The notes: a model not told the origin generated them from the sequence alone. A DNA stretch of 64,000 bases from Clostridia bacterium (GCA_045648025.1 JAZRNH010000059.1:13242-77241); one strand, 5' to 3'; positions 34,306-45,004 are shown, counted from the first letter of the stretch. A program made the numbers and translations.

Positions 34306-35400
34306 ATGATTATTCAAGGCATCACATTTCCAGACGATATAAAAGTTGAACAAAGATTTGGTCAACGAATTACTTATGACAAAAAAAATCCAATTCATTG
34401 GAGAGAAATGGATATTAACCATATAAATCTCACAAAACCAACCATTTTATGTTTTGGTGGAATTGGAACAACCAACGACAAAGATGCAAACTTTGTTGCA
34501 AAAATGATACAACGACTTCTTGGAATCAATGCCGAAGCCAACCTTGTTTCAATCGTTCACAGCCACTATATGGGCGAAACCGCTGCAAGATATTTTGATG
34601 AAGACAAAGAAGAACATTTAAGAAACCACATAAAAGAATCTTATGATATTGTTGATGCTCTTTTTCTTCCAATTGTATGCGACAAAAACGGCAACAGATT
34701 AATGGTTCAAGAGGCTTGTCGAAATGTTCGAAACATAAACATTTTTGCACACTGTTACGGCTATTTTTCAACCGTAAACTATGTTGAAGATGCTCTTAAA
34801 AGCACACTTGAAATGCTCTGCTATACAGAAGATGAAATCAGACAAATTTTAAAACAAATTTTTGTTGTTAGCTATGAAGCTGGTGACATCTTTCAAACCG
34901 GTTTTTCAAATCTTAACATAAACTCCGTCAACTCAGAACTTTGGAGAGACATTGTTCTTGCCTTTCCTGAAAGAGATTTGTCAACCGCTGAAATGTTTGA
35001 TGGCGAAGCTGAAAAAATTATGGCAAGTCAAATGTATCAAACAAAAGAACCTGCCCTTGTTGAAAAGTTTTTAAGAAACAATAAATACCTTCTCTTAAAA
35101 GAAGGAAATGTAATTGATATTTTAACAAATGGCTTAACTATTGACAAAACCGACCACGACCTTTCAACAATCTATATGCACCAAGATAAGTCTTACAGCT
35201 ATTACACAAATGAGCTTGGAAGAATCGTTTCACAAACCATTGCAGCAGCTCTTAAAATTGCACTTGATAATTCAATTGAAAACAACTATACCACTAGATT
35301 TAAACCACTTGATATGGACAAGATTTTTGCAGCTTGTGACAAATCACTCAAATTGTCAAGAACTTATTTTGGTATGGTTTCAGACTTAGACTTTTCTTAA
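34306..35400 (+). CDS. hypothetical protein, possibly alpha/beta-hydrolase-like with Cys nucleophile
   Basis: The beta-strand ILCFGGIG is followed by the elbow-like NIFAHCYGYF (small-x-Nu-x-small with Cys). Speculative. Confidence 0.5.
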   Translation: MIIQGITFPDDIKVEQRFGQRITYDKKNPIHWREMDINHINLTKPTILCFGGIGTTNDKDANFVAKMIQRLLGINAEANLVSIVHSHYMGETAARYFDEDKEEHLRNHIKESYDIVDALFLPIVCDKNGNRLMVQEACRNVRNINIFAHCYGYFSTVNYVEDALKSTLEMLCYTEDEIRQILKQIFVVSYEAGDIFQTGFSNLNINSVNSELWRDIVLAFPERDLSTAEMFDGEAEKIMASQMYQTKEPALVEKFLRNNKYLLLKEGNVIDILTNGLTIDKTDHDLSTIYMHQDKSYSYYTNELGRIVSQTIAAALKIALDNSIENNYTTRFKPLDMDKIFAACDKSLKLSRTYFGMVSDLDFS

Positions 35401-35411
35401 TTTTTTGCAAT

Positions 35412-35447
35412 AAAAAAAACACTTGGACTTTTCCAAGTGTTTTTATT
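35412..35447. terminator. bidirectional rho-independent terminator
   Basis: Stem AACACTTGGA/TCCAAGTGTT with loop CTTT, flanked by A8 and a T-run. Confidence 0.8.
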
Positions 35448-35453
35448 TGTTTA

Positions 35454-36182
35454 TTAAAAACCTTCTTTTTCTGTTTCTTCATCTTCTTCAGCTTCATCAG
35501 TGTCAACAAAACCTTCAACACCGCCGTCGTTTTCATCTTCTTCAACCGCTTCTTGTTTTGCAGGTTTTGTTTCTTCAATAACTGTTTCTTCTTTTGTTTC
35601 AACAGTTGCTTCTTCTGTTGTTTCTTGTTTTTCAAACAAAGAATGTAATTCTTTTTGAATAACAAATGTATAAAATAATCTAACACTGCCATCAAGAATA
35701 ATTGTTATACCATAAATAATCATTGCAATTTTTGCTCCGACTGCTGTGTTATATAAAATTATTGTAATAATGCCAAGAACAGCAAGAACCACACCAAAGA
35801 TAACCGCAATCCACCACTTTGTGTCCCCTGCCTTTTTGTCAAGAATTGCAGACTTAATATAAATCGCACCAGAAAGCACAACAATAAGTCCCATACAAAC
35901 AACCAAAAGTGCAGGAACAAATATTAAAAGCAAACCAACAGCTGTTGCTGCTGCACCTTTAATTAAAAGTGTCATACTCTTATCTTCTGCATTCCACAAA
36001 CAATACACAACAATTGCAGCAATACCATAAAGCAAAATAGCAAAACAAACAACAGTTTCAACAAACATATGCATTTTTAACGGAATAATGCAAAACAATA
36101 TTCCAAGCACAATGCAAACAGATGAAAGCACAATAGATTTAATTTGTTCTTTTTTAATATCATCAAGTCTTTCAGTTTCCAT
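35454..36182 (-). CDS. DUF308/HdeD-like membrane protein with acidic C-terminal tail
   Basis: Six hydrophobic segments in pairs, followed by a Glu/Thr/Asp-rich tail. Confidence 0.45.
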   Translation of the reverse strand: METERLDDIKKEQIKSIVLSSVCIVLGILFCIIPLKMHMFVETVVCFAILLYGIAAIVVYCLWNAEDKSMTLLIKGAAATAVGLLLIFVPALLVVCMGLIVVLSGAIYIKSAILDKKAGDTKWWIAVIFGVVLAVLGIITIILYNTAVGAKIAMIIYGITIILDGSVRLFYTFVIQKELHSLFEKQETTEEATVETKEETVIEETKPAKQEAVEEDENDGGVEGFVDTDEAEEDEETEKEGF

Positions 36183-36238
36183 AAAATTTCTCCTAAAATC
36201 ATTTTATCATTTTAAACCGCTATAAGCAAACAAAATAA

Positions 36239-37081
36239 TTATTTTTCATCTTTTTTAAATTTGTCTAAAAAGCTATGTTTTTCGCCGTCTAGTTTATAAG
36301 AAACAATTGTATCAAGTTGAACATTTGTCAAACTTTTCAAAATATGTTCTTCAAGGTCAGGAATATCCTTTTTTAAGTCTTCAATAATTTGTTTTGTTTT
36401 GTGCCTTGCAGAATTTTCATCACCTTTTGCAAGACCTTCTGTGAGTTTACAAGCACAAGCAATAAAATCTAAATTATTCTTATCTCTCCACTTTTTAATA
36501 TCAATTTCATCAACATAATAAAGCGGACGAATAAGTTGCATACCTTCAAAGTTTGTACTTTTAAGTTTTGGAAGCATTCCTTGAATTTGCCCACTAAAAA
36601 ACATACCCATAACAGTTGTTTCAATAACATCGTTTTTGTGATGACCAAGGGCAATTTTATTGCAGCCAAGTTCTTTTGCTTTTGCATATAAGTGACCTCT
36701 TCTCATTCTTGCACAAAGATAACAAGGATTTCCGCCAACTGATGCCGTAACATCAAAAATATTGCTTTCAAAGAAATTTACAGGGATTTCTATTTTTTTT
36801 GCATTTTCTTCTATTTTTTTGCGATTTTTTTCATTATATCCTGGATCCATTGAAATATACTCAATTTCAAATGGAACATCACTTATTTTTTGAAGCATTT
36901 GCATAAGTTTTGCAAGAAGCATACTGTCTTTTCCACCGGAAATACAAACGGCAATTTTGTCACCTTCTTCAATAAGATTAAACTCTTTTATTGCCTTTGT
37001 AAACTTTGTCCAAATTGCAGGTCGAAAAGTGGTATTCAAACTTCTTTCAATTTCACCTGCTTCTGTTAATTGTTTTCGCAT
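36239..37081 (-). CDS. ttcA: tRNA 2-thiocytidine biosynthesis protein TtcA-like PP-loop ATPase
   Basis: PP-loop VCISGGKDS, plus CYLCARMRRG and a later C.AC cysteine pair. Confidence 0.75.
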   Translation of the reverse strand: MRKQLTEAGEIERSLNTTFRPAIWTKFTKAIKEFNLIEEGDKIAVCISGGKDSMLLAKLMQMLQKISDVPFEIEYISMDPGYNEKNRKKIEENAKKIEIPVNFFESNIFDVTASVGGNPCYLCARMRRGHLYAKAKELGCNKIALGHHKNDVIETTVMGMFFSGQIQGMLPKLKSTNFEGMQLIRPLYYVDEIDIKKWRDKNNLDFIACACKLTEGLAKGDENSARHKTKQIIEDLKKDIPDLEEHILKSLTNVQLDTIVSYKLDGEKHSFLDKFKKDEK

Positions 37082-37154
37082 AAATATCTACCTCAAAAAA
37101 ATTATATCATACTTATTTTTTTTATTCAATAAAATGCAAAATTTAATTTTTTCA

Positions 37155-37185
37155 CAAAAAAATGGGCAAATTAGCCCATTTTTAT
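37155..37185 (-). terminator. rho-independent terminator after nfnB
   Basis: Stem AATGGGC/GCCCATT, followed by a T-run on the minus strand. Confidence 0.7.
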
Positions 37186-37222
37186 ATTTTTTTGCAGAAT
37201 ATTTTTAATAATTTTGCAGTTT

Positions 37223-38647
37223 TTATTTTTTCTTTAAATACTCATCAATTGCTTCAGCAGCAACTTTTCCAGCACCCATAGCAGAGATAACTGTTGCAGC
37301 ACCAGTAACCGCATCACCACCAGCATAAACAGCATCTTTTGATGTTTTTCCAGTGTTTTCTTCAACAATAATTCCACCCCATTTGTTGGTATCTAAACCT
37401 TTTGTTGTGGCCTTGATAAGTGGGTTTGGAGATGTGCCAATAGACATAATAACAGTGTCAACTTCCAAATCAAATTCACTACCTTGAACTTCAATTGGTC
37501 TTCTTCTGCCTTGTTCATCTGGCTCACCAAGTTCCATTTTAATACATTTAATTGCTGTAACAAATCCGTTCTTTGGATCTCTCTTATCATTAGGATTTTC
37601 ATAGCCCAAAATTTCAACAGGATTGTTTAAAAGTTTAAATTCAACACCTTCTTCAATAGCATGTTCAACTTCTTCTTTTCTTGCAGGAAGTTCTTCCATT
37701 GATCTACGATAAACAATATAAACTTTTTCTGCACCAAGTCTAAGAGCGGTTCTAGCAGCATCCATAGCAACATTTCCGCCACCAACAACAGCAACTTTTC
37801 CACCTTTCATAATAGGTGTTGTTGTGTTCTTTTCATAAGATTTCATAAGGTTTGCTCTGGTTAAAAATTCATTTGCAGAATAAACACCATTTAAGCCTTC
37901 ACCTTTGATTCCCATAAATCTTGGAAGTCCAGCACCAGAACCAATAAACACAGCTTCAAAACCCATTTTAAAGAGTTCATCAACTGTTAAAGTTTTTCCA
38001 ATAACAATGTTTGTTTCAATTTTAACACCCATTGATTCAAGCTTATCGATTTCTTTTTGAACAATAGCTTTTGGAAGTCTGAATTCTGGAATACCATAAA
38101 CTAACACACCACCAGCTTTGTGAAGTGCTTCAAAAACAGTAACAGCATAACCCTTTCTAGCAAGGTCACCTGCACAAGTGAGTCCTGATGGACCAGAACC
38201 AACAACGGCAACTCTATGTCCGTTTGGTTTTGCAACAATTTCTTTTGCATCGCTATGAGCATTGTGGAAGTCAGCAACAAATCTTTCAAGTCTGCCGATG
38301 CCAACAGGTTCACCTTTGATTCCTCTAACACATTTTGATTCACATTGTGTTTCTTGAGGACAAACTCTTCCGCAAACTGCTGGAAGACTTGAAGTTTGAC
38401 TGATAATTTGATAAGCAGCTTCAAAGTCGCCTTCTTTGATTTTTGCAATAAATTCAGGAATATGAATTTTAACAGGACAACCTGCCACACAAGGCATATT
38501 AACACAGTTTAAACATCTTTTAGCTTCGTCAATAGCCACAGCCTCATCATAACCCAAAGCAACTTCATCAAAATTCTTTGCTCTCTTTTTTGGTTCTTGA
38601 GTAGGCATTTCATTTTTTGTCATTTTCATATTTGGAATTTCAGCCAT
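37223..38647 (-). CDS. nfnB: NADH-dependent reduced ferredoxin:NADP oxidoreductase subunit B (GltD-like)
   Basis: Fe-S cysteine clusters CLNC..MPCVAGCP and CGRVCPQETQCESKC. Dinucleotide fold VAVVGSGPSGLTCAGDL. TAATG overlap with the upstream partner. Confidence 0.8.
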   Translation of the reverse strand: MAEIPNMKMTKNEMPTQEPKKRAKNFDEVALGYDEAVAIDEAKRCLNCVNMPCVAGCPVKIHIPEFIAKIKEGDFEAAYQIISQTSSLPAVCGRVCPQETQCESKCVRGIKGEPVGIGRLERFVADFHNAHSDAKEIVAKPNGHRVAVVGSGPSGLTCAGDLARKGYAVTVFEALHKAGGVLVYGIPEFRLPKAIVQKEIDKLESMGVKIETNIVIGKTLTVDELFKMGFEAVFIGSGAGLPRFMGIKGEGLNGVYSANEFLTRANLMKSYEKNTTTPIMKGGKVAVVGGGNVAMDAARTALRLGAEKVYIVYRRSMEELPARKEEVEHAIEEGVEFKLLNNPVEILGYENPNDKRDPKNGFVTAIKCIKMELGEPDEQGRRRPIEVQGSEFDLEVDTVIMSIGTSPNPLIKATTKGLDTNKWGGIIVEENTGKTSKDAVYAGGDAVTGAATVISAMGAGKVAAEAIDEYLKKK

Positions 38648-39495
38648 TATTTTACCTCCTTGTTGAATAAGTTGCAGGTTTCTTCGTGTTTCTTTCTTTC
38701 AAAACCAACATACATTTGATTTCTTCTCATCATCTCATCAAAATCAACAAGATAACCATCAAAATCAGGACCATCAACACAAGCAAATTTCATTTGGCCA
38801 TCAACGGTAAGTCGGCATCCGCCACACATACCAGTTCCATCAATCATAATAGGGTTCATTGAAACCACACAAGGAATATTATATTTCTTTGCAGTTTGAA
38901 CAACAAACTTCATCATAATAAGTGGTCCAATAGCAAAAATTTTATCAAACTTTTTGCCAGAAGAAAGCATTTCTTCAAGTGGAACACAAACATTTCCTTG
39001 TCTGCCATAAGTTCCGTCATCAGTCATAACCACAAGTTCTTTTGAAGCCTTTTTGAATTCATCTTCCAAAATAACAAGGTCTTTGTTTCTAAAACCAATA
39101 ACAGATGTAACAGCTGTTTTTTGTGCTGCAAATTTTTCAGCAACAGGCATAGCAATTGCACAGCCCACACCGCCACCAACAACACAAACAGACTTAATGC
39201 CTTCTGTTTCAGTTGCATTTCCAAGTGGACCAACAAAATCTTGAATAAAATCACCAACATTTTTGTGTTTCAATTGTTCTGTTGTGCTTCCAACAACTTG
39301 GAAAATAATTTTAACTGTTCCTTTTTTTCTATCAAATCCTGCAATAGTAAGAGGAATTCTTTCACCATTTTCATCAACTCTCAAAATGATAAATTGACCA
39401 GGTTCTGCTTTGTTTGCAACAAATGGTGCATGAATTTGCATCTCACACACAGTTTCGTTTAAAAATCTTTTTTCTAAAATCTCAAACATAAACAC
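38647..39495 (-). CDS. nfnA: NfnA (ferredoxin-NADP reductase-like FAD/NAD-binding subunit)
   Basis: FEILEKRFL..., PGQFIILRV..GERIPLTIAG, and C-terminal CGGCR..C.DGP Fe-S motif. About 280 aa, adjacent to nfnB. Confidence 0.8.
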   Translation of the reverse strand: MFMFEILEKRFLNETVCEMQIHAPFVANKAEPGQFIILRVDENGERIPLTIAGFDRKKGTVKIIFQVVGSTTEQLKHKNVGDFIQDFVGPLGNATETEGIKSVCVVGGGVGCAIAMPVAEKFAAQKTAVTSVIGFRNKDLVILEDEFKKASKELVVMTDDGTYGRQGNVCVPLEEMLSSGKKFDKIFAIGPLIMMKFVVQTAKKYNIPCVVSMNPIMIDGTGMCGGCRLTVDGQMKFACVDGPDFDGYLVDFDEMMRRNQMYVGFERKKHEETCNLFNKEVK

Positions 39496-39627
39496 ACTCC
39501 TTTATTTGATAATTCTATGTTATCACAACAAAATGAATTTTCAAAATATAAATTAAAAAAATATAGACAAATTAACAATATTATGTTATAGTTTTTCGGT
39601 ATTAACGACTTTTTTAGGAGATTTTTT

Positions 39628-40266
39628 ATGTTACGAAATGTAATATTTGATTATATGGGGGTTCTTGCTAGTGTTGATTATAAACTTATGGCAAGTAAAT
39701 TTGGACTCATTGATAAGTTTAAAGCTCTAAGAATTTTGATTGCAATAAAAAAGAATCCTATCTTCAAACAAGCTTTTGACGAATATCAAATGGGACAACT
39801 CACCCGCGATGACCTTTACAATATTGCAGCAGAACATTATCCAAGAGCTGCAACTGTTGTTCCAAAAATATTAGACAACATTCCAGAATGCATAAAAGAA
39901 AACAAAGCAGTTTTAGCCCTTGCTGAAAAATTGCATAACGACGGATTTAAAGTTATTCTTTTGTCAAACTCAATTCCTGAAACTGGGTTCAAAATTCAAA
40001 ACAGCGATTTTGTAAGATATTTTGACGGTTTTGTATTGTCACACCTTGTTGGTATGGCAAAACCAAACACAGATATCTTCGATTTCACCTGCTCTGTTTA
40101 TGATATCAAAGCCGATGAAAGCATCTTTATTGATGACAAATTAGAAAATATTGCAGGTGCTGAAAAAGCAAAACTCAAAACAATGCACTGTGAAGGTCCT
40201 GAAATCCTTGCCAAAAGACTTGGCAACTTATTTTATAGTCAATATCAACCACAACCAAATGAATAA
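39628..40266 (+). CDS. HAD-superfamily hydrolase (motif I DxYxG-like, dehalogenase-type)
   Basis: VIFDYMGVL (motif I, second Asp absent), LLSNS (motif II), FIDDKLENI (motif IV). Confidence 0.6.
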   Translation: MLRNVIFDYMGVLASVDYKLMASKFGLIDKFKALRILIAIKKNPIFKQAFDEYQMGQLTRDDLYNIAAEHYPRAATVVPKILDNIPECIKENKAVLALAEKLHNDGFKVILLSNSIPETGFKIQNSDFVRYFDGFVLSHLVGMAKPNTDIFDFTCSVYDIKADESIFIDDKLENIAGAEKAKLKTMHCEGPEILAKRLGNLFYSQYQPQPNE

Positions 40267-40340
40267 TTGACAATAAAAAAAACTAGTATTAAACTAAATG
40301 CAGATACAAAATATCTGCATTTTATTTTATGGAGCATATT

Positions 40341-40919
40341 ATGATTATTGGAATCACAGGAAAAAGTGGAACAGGAAAATCTCATCTTGCAGAAATCTTA
40401 GCAAACGAAATTTCTGCAGAAGTTATAAATTTTGATAAAGTGTCTCACTTAACCATTGAAACAGATTCATTTAAAAACCTTGTAACAAAATGGAATACTC
40501 CTTCTGTTTTTGACAACAATGGAAACATTATTCGAAAAAAACTTGGTGATATTGTTTTTGAGGATAAAGAAAAACTTGGTCAAATCAACAATCTTTCAGA
40601 AAAACTTATGACTGAAATTATTGATGATATGATTCAAAAATCAACCGCAAAATATATCGTATTAGAATATGCTCTTCTTCCACTTATGAAATTTTTCAAT
40701 GAGTGTGATATTAAAATTTTAATCACTGCACCTGAATCTGTTAGATTTGAAAGAATTTTAAATCGTGATGGAATCAGTGAAGAATATTTCAAAAAAAGAG
40801 ATGCAAATTCATTAGAATATAGTCCATCGCAATATGATATTGTAATTGAAAATAATTCAAACGAAAACATTGTTATTCACAATATCATTAATCTTATTAA
40901 ATCAAAGGAGAACTTATGA
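40341..40919 (+). CDS. dephospho-CoA kinase-like P-loop kinase
   Basis: IIGITGKSGTGKSHL at the N-terminus. About 190 aa. The start is taken at the ATG after GGAG. Confidence 0.5.
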   Translation: MIIGITGKSGTGKSHLAEILANEISAEVINFDKVSHLTIETDSFKNLVTKWNTPSVFDNNGNIIRKKLGDIVFEDKEKLGQINNLSEKLMTEIIDDMIQKSTAKYIVLEYALLPLMKFFNECDIKILITAPESVRFERILNRDGISEEYFKKRDANSLEYSPSQYDIVIENNSNENIVIHNIINLIKSKENL

Positions 40920-41650
40920 TTAGAAAAACCGCTATAATTTCAGGAGCTTTCGGAGATATTGGAAAAGCAACCGCAAGAAAATTTGCACAAAACGGCTATA
41001 ATCTTGCTTTAACTTATTTAAACTCATTTGATACAGAATTTATTTCAGAACTCAAATCTTATAATATTGATGTTTTGGCTGTTAGATGTGACCAATCAAG
41101 TGAAAGTGATATTGAAAGTTTTGTAAACTCTGCAGTCAAAGAATTTGAATATATTGACACTTTTGTTGCCTGTGCAGGAAAAGCCGAAGAGGTTCAACTT
41201 TTAACCGAAAAAACAACCGAAGAAATCGACAACATTATTAATATAAATTTAAGAGGCACAATTCTTTTCGTTAAAACAGTTTTAAAACAATTTCAAAAAC
41301 AAAAGTATGGAACAATTGAAGTTGTGTCATCAATTTATGGTCAAACTGGTGGCAGCTTAGAATCTGTTTATTCTGCTTGTAAAGCCGGTCTTATTGGATT
41401 TGTAAAATCAATCTCTGTTGAGTTTGCTCCAAACATCAGAATCAATGCTGTTGCACCTGGTTGCATTGATACAAAAATGACCAGCTATTTATCAGATTCA
41501 GACAGAACTGCAATTATAAGCTCTACCCCACTTGAACGACTTGGAAAACCAGAAGATGTTGCAAATACAATTTTCTTTTTAGCAAGTCAAGAAAGTTCAT
41601 TTATCACTGGCGAAACAATCTCTGTTACTGGTGGTGTAGTTAGGTTTTAA
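40916..41650 (+). CDS. SDR-family oxidoreductase (FabG-like)
   Basis: ISGAFGDIGKA (TGxxxGxG variant) and YSACKAG (YxxxK). ATGA overlap with the upstream gene. Confidence 0.8.
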   Translation: MIRKTAIISGAFGDIGKATARKFAQNGYNLALTYLNSFDTEFISELKSYNIDVLAVRCDQSSESDIESFVNSAVKEFEYIDTFVACAGKAEEVQLLTEKTTEEIDNIININLRGTILFVKTVLKQFQKQKYGTIEVVSSIYGQTGGSLESVYSACKAGLIGFVKSISVEFAPNIRINAVAPGCIDTKMTSYLSDSDRTAIISSTPLERLGKPEDVANTIFFLASQESSFITGETISVTGGVVRF

Positions 41651-41825
41651 AATGTATATTTTTAAACAAAAACAAAACAATTTAACATTTAATCACAAAA
41701 AGATAGAAAATTCTATCTTTTTTATTTTTTTATTAAAAAATAACAAAATTTCACAAAATATATTTTACTTTAAAATTTATTATGTTATACTCAAAATATT
41801 ATAACTTGTTTTAAGGAGGCAGATT

Positions 41826-42803
41826 ATGAAAGTTATTGAAGTTCAAAATTTAAGAAAAGATTTTACAGTTAAAAAACCAGCTGTCAAAACAAATGGCAAA
41901 AAATGTATTTTTAAAAAAGACAAACAAATCAAATCGGCTGTTGATAACATTTCATTTTCTGTTGAAGAAGGTGAAGCTGTTGCATTTATTGGTCCAAATG
42001 GTGCTGGAAAATCAACCACAATAAAAATGCTCACCGGCATACTTTATCCAACCAGTGGTGATATTAAAGTTTTAGGATTTAATCCAAGCAAAGAAAGAGT
42101 TAAACTTTCTTATGAAATCGGTTCTGTGTTCGGACAAAAAGAACAACTTTGGGTGCATCTTTCAGCCTATGAAAACTTCAAGTTTTTTGGCTCAATTTAT
42201 GACATTAAAAAGAAAGACCTTGAAGAAAGAATTGCAGAACTTTCAAAGATTTTTGAAATTGAAGCCTTTATTCACCAACCAGTAAAAAGTTTAAGCTTAG
42301 GTCAAAGAATGAAATGCGAAATGGTTGCAAGTCTTCTTCATAATCCAAAAATGCTTTTCTTTGATGAGCCAACAATTGGCTTAGACCCTATTGCAAAAGA
42401 AACACTTAGAAAACTTATCAAAAAAATCAACAAAGAACTCAAAACAACCATCTTCTTCACATCTCACGATGTTGGTGATATTGAAGAAGTTTGCAAAAGA
42501 GTTATTATCATCAACAACGGAAAAATTGTTTTAGACGATTCAATGAAAAACTTAAAGTATCATTATTTAAACAAAAAGATTGTTGATGTAAACCTCAAAA
42601 ACGATGTCAAAATCAAAGAAAAAGATGGCATCACTGTTTTAAAAGCAAAAGATACACTTTATAAAATTGAAGTCGATATGAACAAGTCAACCATTGAAGA
42701 ACTTTTAAGTTTGTTCAAGGCTGACGATATTCAAGATATAACAATATCTAGCACCCCACTTGAAGACATCATAAAAGATATCTACAGAGGTGAAAATGAA
42801 TAA
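41826..42803 (+). CDS. ABC transporter ATP-binding protein (ABC-2 type exporter)
   Basis: GPNGAGKSTT, LSLGQRMK, LFFDEPTIGLD. Confidence 0.9.
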   Translation: MKVIEVQNLRKDFTVKKPAVKTNGKKCIFKKDKQIKSAVDNISFSVEEGEAVAFIGPNGAGKSTTIKMLTGILYPTSGDIKVLGFNPSKERVKLSYEIGSVFGQKEQLWVHLSAYENFKFFGSIYDIKKKDLEERIAELSKIFEIEAFIHQPVKSLSLGQRMKCEMVASLLHNPKMLFFDEPTIGLDPIAKETLRKLIKKINKELKTTIFFTSHDVGDIEEVCKRVIIINNGKIVLDDSMKNLKYHYLNKKIVDVNLKNDVKIKEKDGITVLKAKDTLYKIEVDMNKSTIEELLSLFKADDIQDITISSTPLEDIIKDIYRGENE

Positions 42804-43593
42804 GTATTTTTCAATTTTTAAAACCAGTTTCAAACAAGAAAGCAAAACTCTTGGAAACTCTATCACTTCAGTTATATCTTTTGCTGTTATCATCTACATT
42901 TTCAAAGAACTTTGGAAATTCATTTATGGTGGAAGCGGTGGCGGAACTTTAATTAATGGCTACTCACTTAAAATGATGCTTTGGTATATGATTATGGCAG
43001 AAATACTTATGTATGCCTTAAACGGAAGAGCCACAACAAGAGCCTTTTCTGCGGATATCAAGTCTGGCAAAATTGCATACCAATTAAACAAACCTTACAA
43101 TTATTATTCTTATCAAATTGCTTCACAAAGTGGACTTTGTGTTTATAAATTGTGCTTTTTGATTCCAACTGCAATTTTGATGGGACTCATTTTAGTTGGA
43201 CCTATTGAAAATTTTCAAATTAGTTTTGTTTTGCCAATTTTGTTATCATTAATTCTTGCAACACTTCTTCTTTGTGTTGTTTATGGAATCGTTGGACTTC
43301 TTGCCTTTTGGATTGAAGAATCAACACCATTTACTTGGATAATTCAAAAATTTATTATGCTTTTTGGCTTATTCTTTCCACCAGAATTCTTCCCTAACTG
43401 GTTGCAACCATTTATCAATTATAGTCCAATCTATTCAATGATGAGTGGACCATGCAAACTTCTTGCAAACTTTTCGTGGGAATTATTTACAAAAGTCGCA
43501 ATCTCTCAGGTATTTTACCTAACCATATTCTTAGTGATTGGTATGATTGTTTATAAACTTGGAACAAAGAAGGTGAATATGAATGGCGGTTAA
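42790..43593 (+). CDS. ABC-2 family permease
   Basis: Polytopic protein that overlaps the ATPase gene end. The true start may be the ATG at 42796. Confidence 0.65.
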   Translation: MKMNKYFSIFKTSFKQESKTLGNSITSVISFAVIIYIFKELWKFIYGGSGGGTLINGYSLKMMLWYMIMAEILMYALNGRATTRAFSADIKSGKIAYQLNKPYNYYSYQIASQSGLCVYKLCFLIPTAILMGLILVGPIENFQISFVLPILLSLILATLLLCVVYGIVGLLAFWIEESTPFTWIIQKFIMLFGLFFPPEFFPNWLQPFINYSPIYSMMSGPCKLLANFSWELFTKVAISQVFYLTIFLVIGMIVYKLGTKKVNMNGG

Positions 43594-44374
43594 AAATAAT
43601 TTAAAATTAATTTTTAGTTACTTCAAACTAAACCTTAAAAAAGAATATAAATATAAAGCATCTTTCTATATGCAACTTTTAATGATGGTTTTAAATGACT
43701 TATTCTTCATTATCCAGTGGACAATAATCTTTAAACTTGTCACCGATATTGGCGGATATGGTTTTGATGAAACATTGTTATTATTTGGAATTGCTGCTGG
43801 TGCATTTGGAGTTTCTCACATATTCTTTTATGGCACATGGAGAATAAAAGATATCGTTTATGACGGAAAACTTGATGTGTTTTTAACACAACCAAAATCT
43901 GTATTAATCAACACTTGCTGTTCTTCAACCGATGTTTCAGGAATTGGTGACATAATTTATGCTTTTGTTGTTCTTGCAATCATTGGTGCACCATGGTATT
44001 GGTATTTAATTATGATTCCTGTAATTATTTTGGCTGGAATCTTATATGCTGCAGTTTATGCTGTTTTTGTTAGCATTTGCTTTTATATCAAAAAAGGTGA
44101 TGCTGTTGCAAAATCTGTTGAGGGAACAATCAACAAAGCTGCAAACTACCCACCTGCTATTTACAACTTAACAGTAAAAGCTTTATTCTTTACAATTATT
44201 CCAACATTTTTCTATACATTTGTTCCTGCTCAATATTTCTTTTTAACACCAAACATTTGGTGGATGATAGGTCTTGTTGCAGTTGTTGCAATTTGGGTTG
44301 CCCTTGCATTTTTCTGTTTTAACAAAGGTCTCAAAAAATACAATTCAGGAAACTTGATGAGCGGCAGACTTTAA
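43583..44374 (+). CDS. ABC-2 family permease
   Basis: Polytopic protein. RBS AAGGTG. It overlaps the upstream permease by 11 nt. Confidence 0.65.
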   Translation: MAVKNNLKLIFSYFKLNLKKEYKYKASFYMQLLMMVLNDLFFIIQWTIIFKLVTDIGGYGFDETLLLFGIAAGAFGVSHIFFYGTWRIKDIVYDGKLDVFLTQPKSVLINTCCSSTDVSGIGDIIYAFVVLAIIGAPWYWYLIMIPVIILAGILYAAVYAVFVSICFYIKKGDAVAKSVEGTINKAANYPPAIYNLTVKALFFTIIPTFFYTFVPAQYFFLTPNIWWMIGLVAVVAIWVALAFFCFNKGLKKYNSGNLMSGRL

Positions 44375-44383
44375 GGAGGTTTT

Positions 44384-44893
44384 ATGGATATCACAATCAG
44401 ACACACAACAGTTAGTGACGAACCAGAAACATTAAAAATAAGATGGCTTGGTTGGCTTTCTGCCTATCCTCACATTTTTGGTGTAGAAAATATCAATAAA
44501 CACTTTGAAAACAAAGATAACGACCCTGCTTATCATGAAGAATGTATAAACAGAATCAAAACAAATCCAAACAACTATGTTGCCGAAGCTGACGGCAAAG
44601 TTGTTGCAACAATGATTGTTAAAGAAGTTGAAAAAGAAGATGACTTTGTTGAAGTTATGTGTCTTTATGTGCATCCAGATTATCATAGACTTGGAATAGG
44701 CGGAAAACTCTACTCTCTTGCAAAAGACATTGCAAAAGAACATGGTATTCACAAAATTCATATTGAAGCACTCAAAGACAACCATATTGGCTGCAGTTTT
44801 TACAAGAAAAACGGTGGCAAAATTATTAGCGAAAGAATTAGAGAATGTTGCGGAATTTCTGCAACAAATGTTATGTTTGAATTTAAAATTTAA
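44384..44893 (+). CDS. GNAT family N-acetyltransferase
   Basis: VHPDYHRLGIGGKLY (acetyl-CoA motif A). 169 aa. Confidence 0.8.
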   Translation: MDITIRHTTVSDEPETLKIRWLGWLSAYPHIFGVENINKHFENKDNDPAYHEECINRIKTNPNNYVAEADGKVVATMIVKEVEKEDDFVEVMCLYVHPDYHRLGIGGKLYSLAKDIAKEHGIHKIHIEALKDNHIGCSFYKKNGGKIISERIRECCGISATNVMFEFKI

Positions 44894-45004
44894 AGACACT
44901 ATCATTGTGTCTTTTTTTCAGCAAATTTTAACATTTATAAAAAATTTAAGGTATTGACAATTAATAATGGATAATTATAATAAAAAATAATAAAGGGAGG
45001 ATTT

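Noticed and set aside
35348-35695. 115-aa Lys-rich minus-strand ORF
   Set aside because: It is an alternate frame of the Glu/Thr-rich tail region of the DUF308-like gene, a low-complexity artefact.
37393-39462. Multiple 60-130-aa ORFs inside nfnA and nfnB on both strands
   Set aside because: They overlap two genes with unambiguous cofactor-binding motifs. They are shadows.
39628-40266. Considered flagging the HAD protein as catalytically dead because motif I reads DYMG instead of DxD
   Set aside because: Dehalogenase-type HAD members naturally have DxYG in motif I, so this is a subfamily feature rather than evidence of inactivation.
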